Source: Gemmatimonadota bacterium (GTDB lineage Bacteria > Gemmatimonadota > Gemmatimonadetes > Gemmatimonadales > GWC2-71-9). Taken from it: DNA of 64,000 bases. The position numbers were made by a program, and so were the translations under genes. Below, one piece after another: positions 29,227 through 38,950 of the stretch; position 1 is the stretch's first letter, and every line of letters starts with the position of its first letter. A model generated the notes under the pieces. It saw only the letters and a program-made list of their open reading frames with translations, did not search any database and was not told the origin of the DNA. The stretch covers positions 2,767-66,766 of the forward strand of contig JBGQLP010000009.1 in assembly GCA_041500125.1 (NCBI GenBank), given 5' to 3'.

Positions 29227-30138
29227 TCACCGCTGCTGCGGTCCGATGAGCACCGGCAGCTCGGCCCGGCGCACGATCCTGTCGGCCTCACTGCCCACGA
29301 CCAGGCGTTCAGCGCCCCGGCGGCTGTGGGTGCCCACCGCGATGCAGTCTGCCCCGAGCGCCTCGGCCAGTTGCAGTACCTGGGTGGCAATATTCCCACC
29401 TACCAGCACTTTGTAGGTCGTCTCCAAGCCGTGGGACCGTAGCTGGCCGCAGATTTTCTCCAGGTAATCCCGGGCTTGGGCCTCCAGCCGTTCGATCCGC
29501 TGGGGCTCGAGGGGACTGGGATAAGGCGCGAGTGGCGTCAGGATGGGCATGGCGGGCTCCACTACCCGGGTCAACGTGTAGTGCGCAGCCGGATAGAGCG
29601 ATCCTAGGGCAGTCGCCGGTCCCAGTACTTCGTCTTCTATCTCTCCATCCAGCGCGATCAGAATCCGCCGGAACTCGGTCGGCTGCGGCAGCTCGCTTGG
29701 ATGCAGAAGGAGCACCGGCACATGGGTGCGCCGGACGAGTTGGTCGGCCACACTCCCGATCAGCCATCGACTCAGGCCTCGACGGCCTCGCGTGGTCATC
29801 ACGATCAGATCTATGGGGTTGGTTTCTGCATACTCGCTGAGCGCGGCGGCTACGGGACCGTGAAGCACGGCGGTCTCGACGGCCCCTCCTTGCGTGTCCC
29901 GCACCGCATAGGCAATCGAGTCCAGGTACTGCCTAAGGTGATCGCATACTTCCAAGTCGACTTCGCTCGCCACGTCTGATGAGCCGGACGCAAGCGCCAG
30001 AGCCGGAAGCGGCGCCTCGACGGACACCAAGCGCAGCCCCGCACCCGAGCGGCGGGCGATCGAGGCCGCGACGGAGACTGCCTGTTCGGCGCAGTTGGAT
30101 TGGTCGAGCGGGACGAGGATGTTATGCAGGCCGTTCAT
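29227..30138 (-). CDS. Tandem universal stress protein
   Basis: MTTRGRRG..IGSVADQL; GTHSRRG..VGSEAD. Confidence 0.92.
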   Translation of the reverse strand: MNGLHNILVPLDQSNCAEQAVSVAASIARRSGAGLRLVSVEAPLPALALASGSSDVASEVDLEVCDHLRQYLDSIAYAVRDTQGGAVETAVLHGPVAAALSEYAETNPIDLIVMTTRGRRGLSRWLIGSVADQLVRRTHVPVLLLHPSELPQPTEFRRILIALDGEIEDEVLGPATALGSLYPAAHYTLTRVVEPAMPILTPLAPYPSPLEPQRIERLEAQARDYLEKICGQLRSHGLETTYKVLVGGNIATQVLQLAEALGADCIAVGTHSRRGAERLVVGSEADRIVRRAELPVLIGPQQR

Positions 30139-30200
30139 GTGACCATCCCTCCTAGGCTGTTCCCGTCTCCTTCAACGGCATGTCCTATCCCACAGACAGC

Positions 30201-30245
30201 ATACTGGTCGCTAAGGGTGGAAGCGGGTGTGAGGGCCAGATGAAG
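30201..30245 (-). promoter_or_regulatory. CTTCA-like array for the minus-strand USP
   Basis: GGAAG/TGAGG/TGAAG at 30219/30230/30241; CAGTAT (minus) at 30206-30201. Confidence 0.6.
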
Positions 30246-30260
30246 ATTCCTTGGTCATGG

Positions 30261-30293
30261 GTTCACGGGAGCTTCACGTCGTCTGGTGATCTT
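30261..30293 (+). promoter_or_regulatory. CTTCA-box array for the USP-archease-rtcB-hpf operon
   Basis: GTTCA/CTTCA at 30261/30272; GATCTT at 30288. Confidence 0.65.
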
Positions 30294-30313
30294 GGGATCG
30301 AAGGGAGCCCTCC

Positions 30314-31279
30314 ATGACACTCACGAAATCATCCCACTCACCCACGGGAGAGAGCGAAGAGCTCGCCGGTCTCCTTCTGGTTCCGCTTGACGGTTCCAGC
30401 ATTGCCGAGGAAGCCCTGCCGGCAGCGGCAGCCATCGCGCATCGAACCCGGGCCCGGCTTCATCTCGCGACCGTTATCCAGCAGGTGCCGGCGTTGCTCG
30501 CCTCGGGCGAGGAGCCAGCGGTCGATGCCGAGCTCGAGCAGGAGCTCCGCGATCAGGCAGGCGAGTACCTGAAGTCAACCGCCGAGGCGCTGGGAACTAC
30601 CCATGGGGTGGAGGTCAGCTACGCCGTGCTCGATGGTCTTGCAGCCCCGGCTCTGGCCGACCATGCCCGTGCTAAACGGGTCGGTCTTATGGTGATGACC
30701 ACGCATGGACACACCGGTCTCAACCGTCTGTGGCTCGGGAGCGTGGCCGACCGGCTGCTGCGTTGGGTCAAGGTGCCGGTCCTGCTGCTGCGCCCCAAGG
30801 CTGGCTCGCTCCAGGCCGAGTTTCGCCACACCGTCGTGGCCCTGGATGGGTTGAGCGAGGGCGAGCGGGTGCTGGATCCTGCCATCGAGCTGGGCTCCTT
30901 GTGCCCCAGCTCTCAATTCACCTTGGTTCAAGTCGTGGAGCCACCGGCCCCCTTGATCACCCGGCTGGCCCTGCAGCCTGCGACGATGCGGCCGCATTGG
31001 CGAGAGCTGCGGGAGAACTGCGCCCGGAGCTATCTCGAGCGGGTGGCAACGCGGATGCGGACCCGCGGCTTGCGGGTGAAGACCCAGATGATCTCCGCCC
31101 GCGGGGTCGCAGAGCAGATCCTCGGGCTGGCGGACGCTATTGGCGCTGACCTGCTCGTCGTCGGGACCCATGGTGCTCGGGGAGTCGAGCGTATGCTGCT
31201 CGGCAGCGTAGCCGACAAAGTCATCCGCGGCGCGTCGCAGGCGGTGCTGGTGGTGCCGACCCGGAGGGAAGAAGAGTGA
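30314..31279 (+). CDS. Tandem universal stress protein
   Basis: [16 protein letters not shown]; [15 protein letters not shown]. Confidence 0.92.
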   Translation: MTLTKSSHSPTGESEELAGLLLVPLDGSSIAEEALPAAAAIAHRTRARLHLATVIQQVPALLASGEEPAVDAELEQELRDQAGEYLKSTAEALGTTHGVEVSYAVLDGLAAPALADHARAKRVGLMVMTTHGHTGLNRLWLGSVADRLLRWVKVPVLLLRPKAGSLQAEFRHTVVALDGLSEGERVLDPAIELGSLCPSSQFTLVQVVEPPAPLITRLALQPATMRPHWRELRENCARSYLERVATRMRTRGLRVKTQMISARGVAEQILGLADAIGADLLVVGTHGARGVERMLLGSVADKVIRGASQAVLVVPTRREEE

Positions 31280-31701
31280 CCGCGACGCCGCTGCTGCCGG
31301 CACACGAGATGCGGCAGCATACCTCGGAGATCGAGCTGCACGTCCGCGCCGGCTCGCTGGGTGATCTCTTAGCCGAAGCCGGCCGGGCTCTGGCCGAAGT
31401 GGAGCTCATCAAAGCTGACTGCGTGCCGGGCGGGCCGGTTCGAACCATTCGGGTCACCTCATCGGACCGGGAAGCATTGCTGGTTGACTGGCTCAATGAG
31501 CTGATCTTCCTGGCGGATTTCGACCGCTGGGTCGCTCTGGATTTCAGCATTAACCTGGCCGAAGAAACGGAGGTACGGGCGGGGGCGTCCGGCGTCACGC
31601 TGGAGTGGGGGCTGAGCCGGGTCAAAGCGGCGACATTCCACCGGCTGCGGGTCGAGGATGTCCCCGGAGGATTGGAAGCCAATGTCATCCTCGACGTCTG
31701 A
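31276..31701 (+). CDS. Archease
   Basis: HTSE, LLVDWLNELIF, VKAATFHRL, C-terminal ILDV; directly upstream of rtcB. Confidence 0.9.
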   Translation: MTATPLLPAHEMRQHTSEIELHVRAGSLGDLLAEAGRALAEVELIKADCVPGGPVRTIRVTSSDREALLVDWLNELIFLADFDRWVALDFSINLAEETEVRAGASGVTLEWGLSRVKAATFHRLRVEDVPGGLEANVILDV

Positions 31702-33136
31702 CGGTTCCTTGTCTGACTATGCCACGGTCTCCGTCAGTCCCCTTATCCGGGAGATCCCCGTGACTGCCCGACCGGATATGCGGGTGCCGGTACGAGTATA
31801 CGCCGACGAATACCTGTGGCAGCAGATCGTGAGGGACCGCTCTCTGGAGCAGGCGGTCAACGTGGCCACGCTTCCCGGCGTAACCGGGTGCGTCTACGCC
31901 ATGCCCGACGTCCATGAAGGCTATGGTTTCCCCGTTGGCGGCGTCGCGGCGCTCGACGTCGAGGAAGGCGTGATCTCCCCGGGCGGGGTGGGCTACGACA
32001 TCAACTGCGGGGTGCGGCTCCTCGCTTCGGACCTGGATCTCTCCGCGGCTCGACCCCGGCTGGAAGCTGTGGTTCACGATCTGAGCCGGAGCATTCCCTC
32101 CGGGCCGGGCCGGAATCCGCAGCTCGATCTCACTGCTACCGATCTCGATCGCGTGCTCGACGAAGGGGGGGCGCTCCTACTGGAGCGCGGGCTCGCACTG
32201 CCTGAGGATCTCCCCAACACCGAAGCCGGCGGCCGGCTCGCGGCCGCTCGGAGCGCGTGCGTCTCCGTCAAGGCAAAGCAGCGGGGTCACAACCAGCTCG
32301 GCACGATCGGCTCGGGGAACCACTTCGTCGAGGTCCAGGTGGTCAACGAGGTGTTCGAGCCAGAGGCCGCGGCCGCGTACGGCCTGCGTCGGGGACAGAT
32401 TACCCTGCTCATCCACACCGGATCACGAGGCCTGGGGCACCAGGTCTGCACCGACTACGTCCGCCAAATGGACCAAGCGATGGCCCGCTACGGCATCCAC
32501 CTGCCGGACCGCCAGCTCGCATGCGCTCCGTTCGACTCGCCCGAAGGGCAGGCGTACTTCGCCGCTATGTGTGCGGCAGCCAACTTCGCCTGGGCCAATC
32601 GGCAGACGATCACCAGCTCGGCTCGGCGGGTATTCGCGCGAGCGTATGGCACGGCCGGACGCCTGAAGCTGGTGTATGACGTCGCCCACAACATCGCCAA
32701 GGTGGAGGAGCATGGCGGTGCCAGCCTCTGTGTCCATCGAAAGGGTGCCACCCGCGCCTTCGGGCCATCCCATCCGGAGACACCAGCGCCGTACCGTGCG
32801 GTCGGGCAGCCGGTCTTCATTCCCGGCAGCATGGGAACGGCATCCTACGTATTGGCGGGCAACGACGCGGCCATGACTCTGAGCTTTGGAAGCACCTGTC
32901 ATGGTGCAGGCCGGGCCATGAGCCGGAGCGAGGCCAAGCGCACCCGTCCCGGCCATGAGGTCCGCCGCGAGCTCGAGCGCCAGGGGATTATCGTGCGCTG
33001 CCCGTCGAGCAGCGAGCTCGCGGAAGAGGCCCCTACCGCATACAAGGACGTCGAGCGGGTGGTCGGCGTCGTACACCAGGCGGGCCTGGCCCGTAAGGTG
33101 GCACGACTCAAACCGCTTGGCGTCGTGAAAGGCTAG
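31682..33136 (+). CDS. rtcB: RNA-splicing/repair ligase RtcB (archaeal/eukaryotic-like type)
   Basis: MPDVHEGYGFPVG, GYDINCG, GSGNHF, HTGSRG, HRKGAT, HGAGR, EEAPTAYK. Confidence 0.96.
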   Translation: MSSSTSDGSLSDYATVSVSPLIREIPVTARPDMRVPVRVYADEYLWQQIVRDRSLEQAVNVATLPGVTGCVYAMPDVHEGYGFPVGGVAALDVEEGVISPGGVGYDINCGVRLLASDLDLSAARPRLEAVVHDLSRSIPSGPGRNPQLDLTATDLDRVLDEGGALLLERGLALPEDLPNTEAGGRLAAARSACVSVKAKQRGHNQLGTIGSGNHFVEVQVVNEVFEPEAAAAYGLRRGQITLLIHTGSRGLGHQVCTDYVRQMDQAMARYGIHLPDRQLACAPFDSPEGQAYFAAMCAAANFAWANRQTITSSARRVFARAYGTAGRLKLVYDVAHNIAKVEEHGGASLCVHRKGATRAFGPSHPETPAPYRAVGQPVFIPGSMGTASYVLAGNDAAMTLSFGSTCHGAGRAMSRSEAKRTRPGHEVRRELERQGIIVRCPSSSELAEEAPTAYKDVERVVGVVHQAGLARKVARLKPLGVVKG

Positions 33137-33142
33137 ACACAT

Positions 33143-33481
33143 ATGGAGCTACCCTTGCAGATCACCGCCCACAATCTCGCCCTGGCTCCGGCCGATGAGC
33201 AGGCGATCAGGGGCGCCGCTACCAAGCTGGACGAGTTCGCGTCTCGCATTCTCAGCTGCCGAGTCGCCATCGAGGGTGAGGGCGGCGGACATAGCGGCCG
33301 CCAATATCGGATCCATATCAAGCTGGATGTTCCGGGCGAGGAGATCGTGGTGCGACGCCGGTCGGACGAGACAATCCCCGTGGCGGTGCAGAAGGCCTTC
33401 AAGGCCGCCGGCCGAAGGCTGCAGGATCACGTGCGGCGGCAGCGAGGAGACGTGAAGCTTTCAGGAGGGCGCCGCAATTGA
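33143..33481 (+). CDS. HPF/RaiA-family ribosome-associated protein
   Basis: LQITAHN, CRVAIE, IKLDVPGEEIVV, AFKAAGRRL. Confidence 0.85.
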   Translation: MELPLQITAHNLALAPADEQAIRGAATKLDEFASRILSCRVAIEGEGGGHSGRQYRIHIKLDVPGEEIVVRRRSDETIPVAVQKAFKAAGRRLQDHVRRQRGDVKLSGGRRN

Positions 33482-33489
33482 CAAGGGAC

Positions 33490-33534
33490 TTTCATCCCAA
33501 CTTCATGATCGCTTCACTAGGTCGACGATACTTT
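33490..33534 (+). promoter_or_regulatory. CTTCA-box array plus -10 leading into a structured non-coding region
   Basis: TTTCA/CTTCA/CTTCA at 33490/33501/33512; TACTTT at 33529. Confidence 0.75.
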
Positions 33535-33540
33535 GAATCT

Positions 33541-33770
33541 GAGAACGTTGCAATGGTGGAGCCAGTCGCGTGCTTCACCCATGTCGCGGCTGGCGTGGCG
33601 ACATGCAGTGCAAGACGACGGTCCGCGACCAGTCCGACTTGCAGCGCCCGCATGAGCGAACCAGACGGTGCGATCACACCGTATGGGAATAGAAGCCGGA
33701 GCTCTCGAGGCTCAACCGCCGAACATCAGATCAGCGGTGCCTAGAGAAGAAGAACAAGGAAGCGATTCTC
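33541..33770 (+). ncRNA. Candidate structured sRNA or long hemJ leader
   Basis: Hairpins at 33580-33605, 33609-33643 and 33665-33682 directly after a box promoter; no recognisable protein. Confidence 0.35.
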
Positions 33771-33836
33771 TGACCCCGGTAACTCGTGCGTAGGGCGGCC
33801 TGCATCCTGAGGTAACTCAGTCTGCGGGTCGCCTTT
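33701..33836 (+). repeat. Direct repeat copy 1 (~135 bp)
   Basis: 33701-33794 matches 40177-40270 at 93/94 nt; weaker similarity continues. Confidence 0.95.
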
Positions 33837-33865
33837 TGTCGGCGCTCATCCATTTATTCGAACGC

Positions 33866-34444
33866 ATGCTCTATCTCTGGCTCAAGACCTTCCACCTTGT
33901 CGGCATCGTGAGTTGGTTCGCCGGGTTGTTCTACCACGGCCGGCTGTTGGTCTATCACGCCGAGGCGCTCACCTCGACCGAGCCGCGGCGTGAGATCCTG
34001 GCCTCCCAGTACCAGATTATGGAATCGCGGTTGTTCCGCATCATCATGAACCCCGCCATGGGACTCAGCCTCGCCACTGCGGCCGCCATGCTTCTGACTC
34101 CCATTGGCCGCGGGTACATCACTCAGCCATGGATGCTGGCCAAGCTGGTCCTGGTGGCGGTCCTCGTCGCTTTCCACTTCTGGATGCGCCGGATCATGCT
34201 GGAGCTCGCGGAGAGTCGCGTGCGGGGGAGCACCGAATGGTTCCGGATGCTAAACGAGGTGCCGACGCTCATTCTCGTCCTTGTCACCCTGCTCGCGGTC
34301 TTCAAGGCTGCTGTCCCCTGGGGCGGTCTCGGCGCAACGGGAGCGGTGCTCGTGGTGGCCATCCTGATCGGCATAAGGGCCTATGGCCGGCATCGCAGGG
34401 AAGGCGAGCTCTCTCGATCCGCGACCTCTCCTGAAGGAACCTGA
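33866..34444 (+). CDS. hemJ: Protoporphyrinogen oxidase HemJ
   Basis: WLKTFHLVGIVSWFAGLFY, MESRLFRIIMNPAM, FRMLNEVPT. Confidence 0.9.
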   Translation: MLYLWLKTFHLVGIVSWFAGLFYHGRLLVYHAEALTSTEPRREILASQYQIMESRLFRIIMNPAMGLSLATAAAMLLTPIGRGYITQPWMLAKLVLVAVLVAFHFWMRRIMLELAESRVRGSTEWFRMLNEVPTLILVLVTLLAVFKAAVPWGGLGATGAVLVVAILIGIRAYGRHRREGELSRSATSPEGT

Positions 34445-34451
34445 CAACTTC

Positions 34452-34484
34452 CTTCACGGACTCTTCACCCTGGATAGTTAGCAT
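34452..34484 (+). promoter_or_regulatory. CTTCA-box array plus -10, probable leaderless hemN promoter
   Basis: CTTCA at 34452/34463; TAGCAT at 34479-34484; ATG 34491 with no SD. Confidence 0.75.
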
Positions 34485-34490
34485 CTGCTT

Positions 34491-35852
34491 ATGCTCGGCA
34501 TCCAGGTCACACCCGACCTCCTGGCCCGCTACGACGTGCCGGCACCCCGCTACACCAGCTACCCTACCGTCCCCGCCTGGAGCGCGCCGTTTGGGCCGGC
34601 GGAATACCGGGAAGCGTTGGGGGAGCTCGCTCGACTCGAGCGGGATCCGGCATCGGTCTACGTGCACCTCCCCTTCTGCGAGTACCGCTGCCACTACTGC
34701 GCCTGCAACGTCACCGTCGCCAAGCGTACCGATGTGGCGGACCGCTATCTCGACCGCTTGGAGCTCGAACTCGATCTGGTCACGGGCATTCTGGGTCGCG
34801 AACGCCGGGCCCTCCAGCTCCACCTGGGTGGCGGCACACCCAATTTCCTCACCGCGGCCCAGTTCGGCCGGCTTACCGACATGCTGGAGCAGCGGCTGGC
34901 CTTGGCGCCGGAGGCCGAGCGTTCGCTGGAGGCCGACCCCCGATTGGTGACCCGGGAGCAGCTCATCTCCGTGCGGGAGCTCGGCTTCCAGCGCATCAGC
35001 TATGGGGTGCAGGACTTGGACCCCCTGGTGCAGGCGGCGATTGGGCGGGTGCAGCCCGCAGCGCTGGTGACGGACGCGGTGGAGCTGGCGCGGGAGACGG
35101 GGTTTGAGGGGGTAAACATCGACTTGATCTACGGTCTCCCCGAGCAAACGGCGGTACGATTCGAGCATACACTCGACGCGGCCCTGGCGCTCATGCCGGA
35201 CCGGATTGCCTGCTACAACTATGCGCACGTGCCCCAGGTGCGACGCAACCAGCGGCTGATTGACGTGTCCGCGCTACCGTCGCGAGAGGACAAGTTCCAT
35301 CTCTTCCGGATGGCGGTGGACAGGTTTACCGGTAGCGGTTACGAGTGGATCGGGCTCGATCACTTCGCCCGGCCGGGGGACGCTCTGACCCGAGCCGCCC
35401 GCGAGCGGCGGCTGCACCGGGACTTCATGGGCTACACTACGCGCGCGACGCCGCACCTGCTGGCGTTCGGCATGAGCGCCATCGGGGATGTCGCGGGCTG
35501 CCTGGTGCAGAATGTGTCCCGCACCGTTCAGTACCAGCGTGTCGTGGACCAGGGGGAGCTTCCGGTCGAGCGCGGCCACCGCCTCACCGACGATGATCGG
35601 GGCCGCCGTCGCGCGATCCTCCACCTGATGTGCAACTTGGATCTACCACATCGCTTGCTTCCGCAGCCCGTGGAGCTGAGCCATATGCGTCTGCAGCCGC
35701 TGGTGAACGACGGGCTGATCGCAGCCGGCAGTGACGCTTATGAGGTGACGCCGACGGGCCGCTGGTTTCTCCGCAACATCGCCATGACGCTCGACGCCTA
35801 TTTCCCCGAGCAGGTCGCAGCGGCCCAGCCGGTCTTCAGCCGGACGGTGTGA
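34491..35852 (+). CDS. hemN: Oxygen-independent coproporphyrinogen III oxidase (radical SAM)
   Basis: PRYTSYPT, YVHLPFCEYRCHYCAC, GGGTP, DLIYGLP, C-terminal FSRTV. Confidence 0.95.
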   Translation: MLGIQVTPDLLARYDVPAPRYTSYPTVPAWSAPFGPAEYREALGELARLERDPASVYVHLPFCEYRCHYCACNVTVAKRTDVADRYLDRLELELDLVTGILGRERRALQLHLGGGTPNFLTAAQFGRLTDMLEQRLALAPEAERSLEADPRLVTREQLISVRELGFQRISYGVQDLDPLVQAAIGRVQPAALVTDAVELARETGFEGVNIDLIYGLPEQTAVRFEHTLDAALALMPDRIACYNYAHVPQVRRNQRLIDVSALPSREDKFHLFRMAVDRFTGSGYEWIGLDHFARPGDALTRAARERRLHRDFMGYTTRATPHLLAFGMSAIGDVAGCLVQNVSRTVQYQRVVDQGELPVERGHRLTDDDRGRRRAILHLMCNLDLPHRLLPQPVELSHMRLQPLVNDGLIAAGSDAYEVTPTGRWFLRNIAMTLDAYFPEQVAAAQPVFSRTV

Positions 35853-35934
35853 CCGCCCTTACCCCTTACCCGTCAGGGCTTCATTCCGTCCTGCGGCTTC
35901 CTTTCTCCCAAGCAGCACCCTTCCATAGGGGCGG

Positions 35935-37017
35935 ATGCGCATGACCAATACGGCGCTCTACCAGTCGTTGCGGGATATCAAGCTGACCACGGTGCGGCGG
36001 GCGATCTCGAGCGGCTGCTACCGGCGCTCCGCGCTCCAGACCTTCGGGTGGTTCGCGTTCGACCTAGCGCTTTACCTCGGCGCGCTCTGGGGGGTGTTCG
36101 CGAGTGAGAGCGCGGGGGCCAAGCTCGCCTTCGGCGTGGGGGCAGGGTGCGCGGTCGCGTTCATGTTCGTGTGGGCACACGATGCGGCGCACGGCGCCCT
36201 CTTCCGCCGCGAGTGGACGGCCGAGCTCTTGGGCACCGCCTTCATGCTCCCCTCGATGAACATGTACCGGCTCTGGTCCCACGGACATAACCGCGTGCAC
36301 CATGGCTTCACCTCGTACACGCCGGTCGACTGGATCTGGCGGCCGCTCACGCCCGAGGCCTACGCCGCGAAGCGCCGGTGGGGCCGGGTACTGTACCGGC
36401 TGGAGCGGAACCTGTTCACCTGCGCCCTGCACTATCTGCTCCGCGTCTGGTGGCCTGGGATGGTAACGTACCGGCCGGACAAGCACTCGCGTGAGCGGGC
36501 GGGATTCATGGTGAACAAGCTGGTGACGCTGGTCTTCGCGGTCGCGTTCACTACAGTGGCCTGGCGGTTCGCCGGTGGGGTGATGGGGGTAGCGGCGGCG
36601 GTGGTCTTGCCGTTCATCATCTTCAACTACTTCATTGCACTCTTCGTCTTCCTCCACCATACCCACCCAGAGGTGCCGTTCTTCGAGAACCGATCGGAAT
36701 GGAGCAACACTATCGGGCAGGTGTACTGCAGCATCGTGGTGCGCTGCTCGCGGCTGAGCGAGCTGCTCATCCACAACATCATGATCCACGTGCCCCATCA
36801 CGTGGACCCCCGGATCCCGTTCTATCGGCTCACGCGCGCCTACGCCGACCTGAAGCGGGAATACAGCGCGTACATCCACGAGTACCGCTTCCGCTGGTCC
36901 ACGGTATGGATGATCTTCCGCCGCTGCCAGCTCTACGATTTCGACAAGAAGACCTGGTACACCTACCGCCAGGCGTCGCAGCGCCGGCCTGAGCCCGCCC
37001 ATTCCGCCGCACCTTGA
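35935..37017 (+). CDS. Membrane fatty-acid desaturase (delta-12/omega-like)
   Basis: His boxes HDAAH, HNRVHH, HVPHH; IPFYRL. Confidence 0.9.
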   Translation: MRMTNTALYQSLRDIKLTTVRRAISSGCYRRSALQTFGWFAFDLALYLGALWGVFASESAGAKLAFGVGAGCAVAFMFVWAHDAAHGALFRREWTAELLGTAFMLPSMNMYRLWSHGHNRVHHGFTSYTPVDWIWRPLTPEAYAAKRRWGRVLYRLERNLFTCALHYLLRVWWPGMVTYRPDKHSRERAGFMVNKLVTLVFAVAFTTVAWRFAGGVMGVAAAVVLPFIIFNYFIALFVFLHHTHPEVPFFENRSEWSNTIGQVYCSIVVRCSRLSELLIHNIMIHVPHHVDPRIPFYRLTRAYADLKREYSAYIHEYRFRWSTVWMIFRRCQLYDFDKKTWYTYRQASQRRPEPAHSAAP

Positions 37018-37026
37018 ACCGCGTCG

Positions 37027-37140
37027 TCATTGTACCACGATCCGACCGGTCATGGGCGCACCGTGGATGTCGCAAAAGGTGGGCGTCCCGGTGGGCACGA
37101 TGTCGTGGGTGCCGCGCTCCATCCAGGTCCAGGTGACGAT
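37027..37140 (-). pseudogene. Cupredoxin (plastocyanin-like) C-terminal remnant
   Basis: VTWTW..GTHDI then FCDIHGAPMTGRIVVQ*: H...CxxH...M type-1 Cu ligands, shortened, no own start. Confidence 0.55.
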
Positions 37141-37175
37141 GCCGGACCACCCAGCTGCGCCGTGAACGAGACGCC

Positions 37176-38864
37176 ATGCGAAGAGACTTGGCAGCACTGA
37201 CGGGCGTGGAATTCGACCTGCTCGTGGTGGGCGGAGGGATCTGCGGCGCTGCGATCGCCTGGGATGCCGTCCAGCGCGGCCTCTCCGTCGCCTTGGTCGA
37301 GCGGGGAGATTTCGGGGCAGCGACTTCGGCAAACTCCCTGAAGATCGTGCACGGCGGGATCCGCTACCTGCAGCACCTTGATCTGCGGCGGCTCAGAGAG
37401 TCAGCGCGGGAGCGAAGGGCGCTGCTCCGAATCGCACCCCATCTGGTACAACCCCTTGCTGTGATGGTCCCCACATTCGGGCATGGCTGGCGTGGGAGCG
37501 GCGTACTCGGGGCAGGATTGCTCCTCTTCAATACGCTCACCTCGGATCGCAATTCCCGGGTCTTTGACCCTGCGCGCCGGATTCCCCCTGCCCGGCTGAT
37601 CTCGCGCCGCGAAGTCCTGGACTGGTATCCCGGTCTCGACCATCCGCAGCTTACCGGCGGCGGAGTGTTCTGGGATGGTCAGCTCTCCAACCCGCCACGT
37701 CTGGTCTGGGAGTTCCTCCGCACCGCTGGCCGGGCGGGAGCGGTCGCCGCGAACTATTGCGAGGTAGTCGGATTCCTCCGCCGCGGGACGCGGATCACTG
37801 GAGTGGCAGTCCATGATCGTCTAGGCGGCGAGCGCTTCGAGGCACGGGCAAGGGTGGTGGTCAACGCCGCTGGGCCATTCGCAGAGCAACTCTACGGGGA
37901 CACCGGGCTTCGGCGTAACGGCCGGGTTCCTCTGTCTCGGGACTTGGCGTTGGTGATCCGGCGGCCACTGGTGCGGGAGCGGGCCCTGGCGATCCAGACA
38001 AGATATTGGGATCCCAACGCCGTGCTGAGCCGTGGGCCCCGCCATCTCTTTGTAGTCCCCTGGCGCGAGGTCACCCTCATAGGCGTCAATAGCACCATCT
38101 ACCGAGGCGACCCGAATGCACTGACGGTGACTCAGCAGGAGGTTCAGGGGTTTCTAGATGAGATCAACGAGGCCGAGCCGTCCCTGGGGCTCACTCCCGA
38201 TGACGTAGCGTTGGTCCTCGCCGGCCTTCTGCCCATCAGCGCGGACCACCTCGTCAACGGGAACGTCAGCTTCGGCAAACGCCCGCTTATCGTGGACAAC
38301 GCGAGGAGCGATGGGGTGGAGGGGCTCATCACCGCCATCACCAACCGGTACACGATCGCGCGGCTCGTGGCGGAACGAGCAGTGGATCTGGTGCTCCGGA
38401 AGCTGGGCAAAGGGGCCCGCTCCTCCCGCACCGCCGAGACTCCACTCTATGGGGCGAATTTCGGTAGTGTCGCCGGGCTGGTGCATGAAGTCGCCGGGAG
38501 GACGAATGGTCAGCTCAACCCCGGGATCGCCGGCCGACTGGCCCGGAATCAAGGGTCCGCCTATGGCGACATACTAGGGGCGATGACCCAGGCGGCTGGG
38601 TGCGAAGGGACAATCGGAACGTCGGAAACACTGAAGGCCGAAGTGGTGCATGCCGTCCGCGCGGAAATGGCCGTGAAGCTCGCGGACTGCGTGTTCCGCC
38701 GGACCGAGCTGGGCACGGCCGGCGATCCGGGCTCTGACGCGGTCGAGACCTGCGCCAAGCTAATGGGTGGGGAGTTGGGGTGGACCGCGGACCGAATCGC
38801 GTCGGAGCTTACCGAGGTGCGGGCGCGGTTTCCCTCCGGCACGACAACCTGGACGACTGCTTGA
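37176..38864 (+). CDS. glpD: FAD-dependent glycerol-3-phosphate dehydrogenase/oxidase
   Basis: VVGGGICG, ATSANSLKIVHGGIRYL, VNAAGP, EMAVKLADCVFRRT. Confidence 0.85.
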   Translation: MRRDLAALTGVEFDLLVVGGGICGAAIAWDAVQRGLSVALVERGDFGAATSANSLKIVHGGIRYLQHLDLRRLRESARERRALLRIAPHLVQPLAVMVPTFGHGWRGSGVLGAGLLLFNTLTSDRNSRVFDPARRIPPARLISRREVLDWYPGLDHPQLTGGGVFWDGQLSNPPRLVWEFLRTAGRAGAVAANYCEVVGFLRRGTRITGVAVHDRLGGERFEARARVVVNAAGPFAEQLYGDTGLRRNGRVPLSRDLALVIRRPLVRERALAIQTRYWDPNAVLSRGPRHLFVVPWREVTLIGVNSTIYRGDPNALTVTQQEVQGFLDEINEAEPSLGLTPDDVALVLAGLLPISADHLVNGNVSFGKRPLIVDNARSDGVEGLITAITNRYTIARLVAERAVDLVLRKLGKGARSSRTAETPLYGANFGSVAGLVHEVAGRTNGQLNPGIAGRLARNQGSAYGDILGAMTQAAGCEGTIGTSETLKAEVVHAVRAEMAVKLADCVFRRTELGTAGDPGSDAVETCAKLMGGELGWTADRIASELTEVRARFPSGTTTWTTA

Positions 38865-38950
38865 TGGCTTGGCTACTCCCAGCAGGTCGGGCTCGGCTGG
38901 AGGCCGCCGCAGCCCGCCCACCCTCCATGGAGGTCACCACTTCACTGAAT

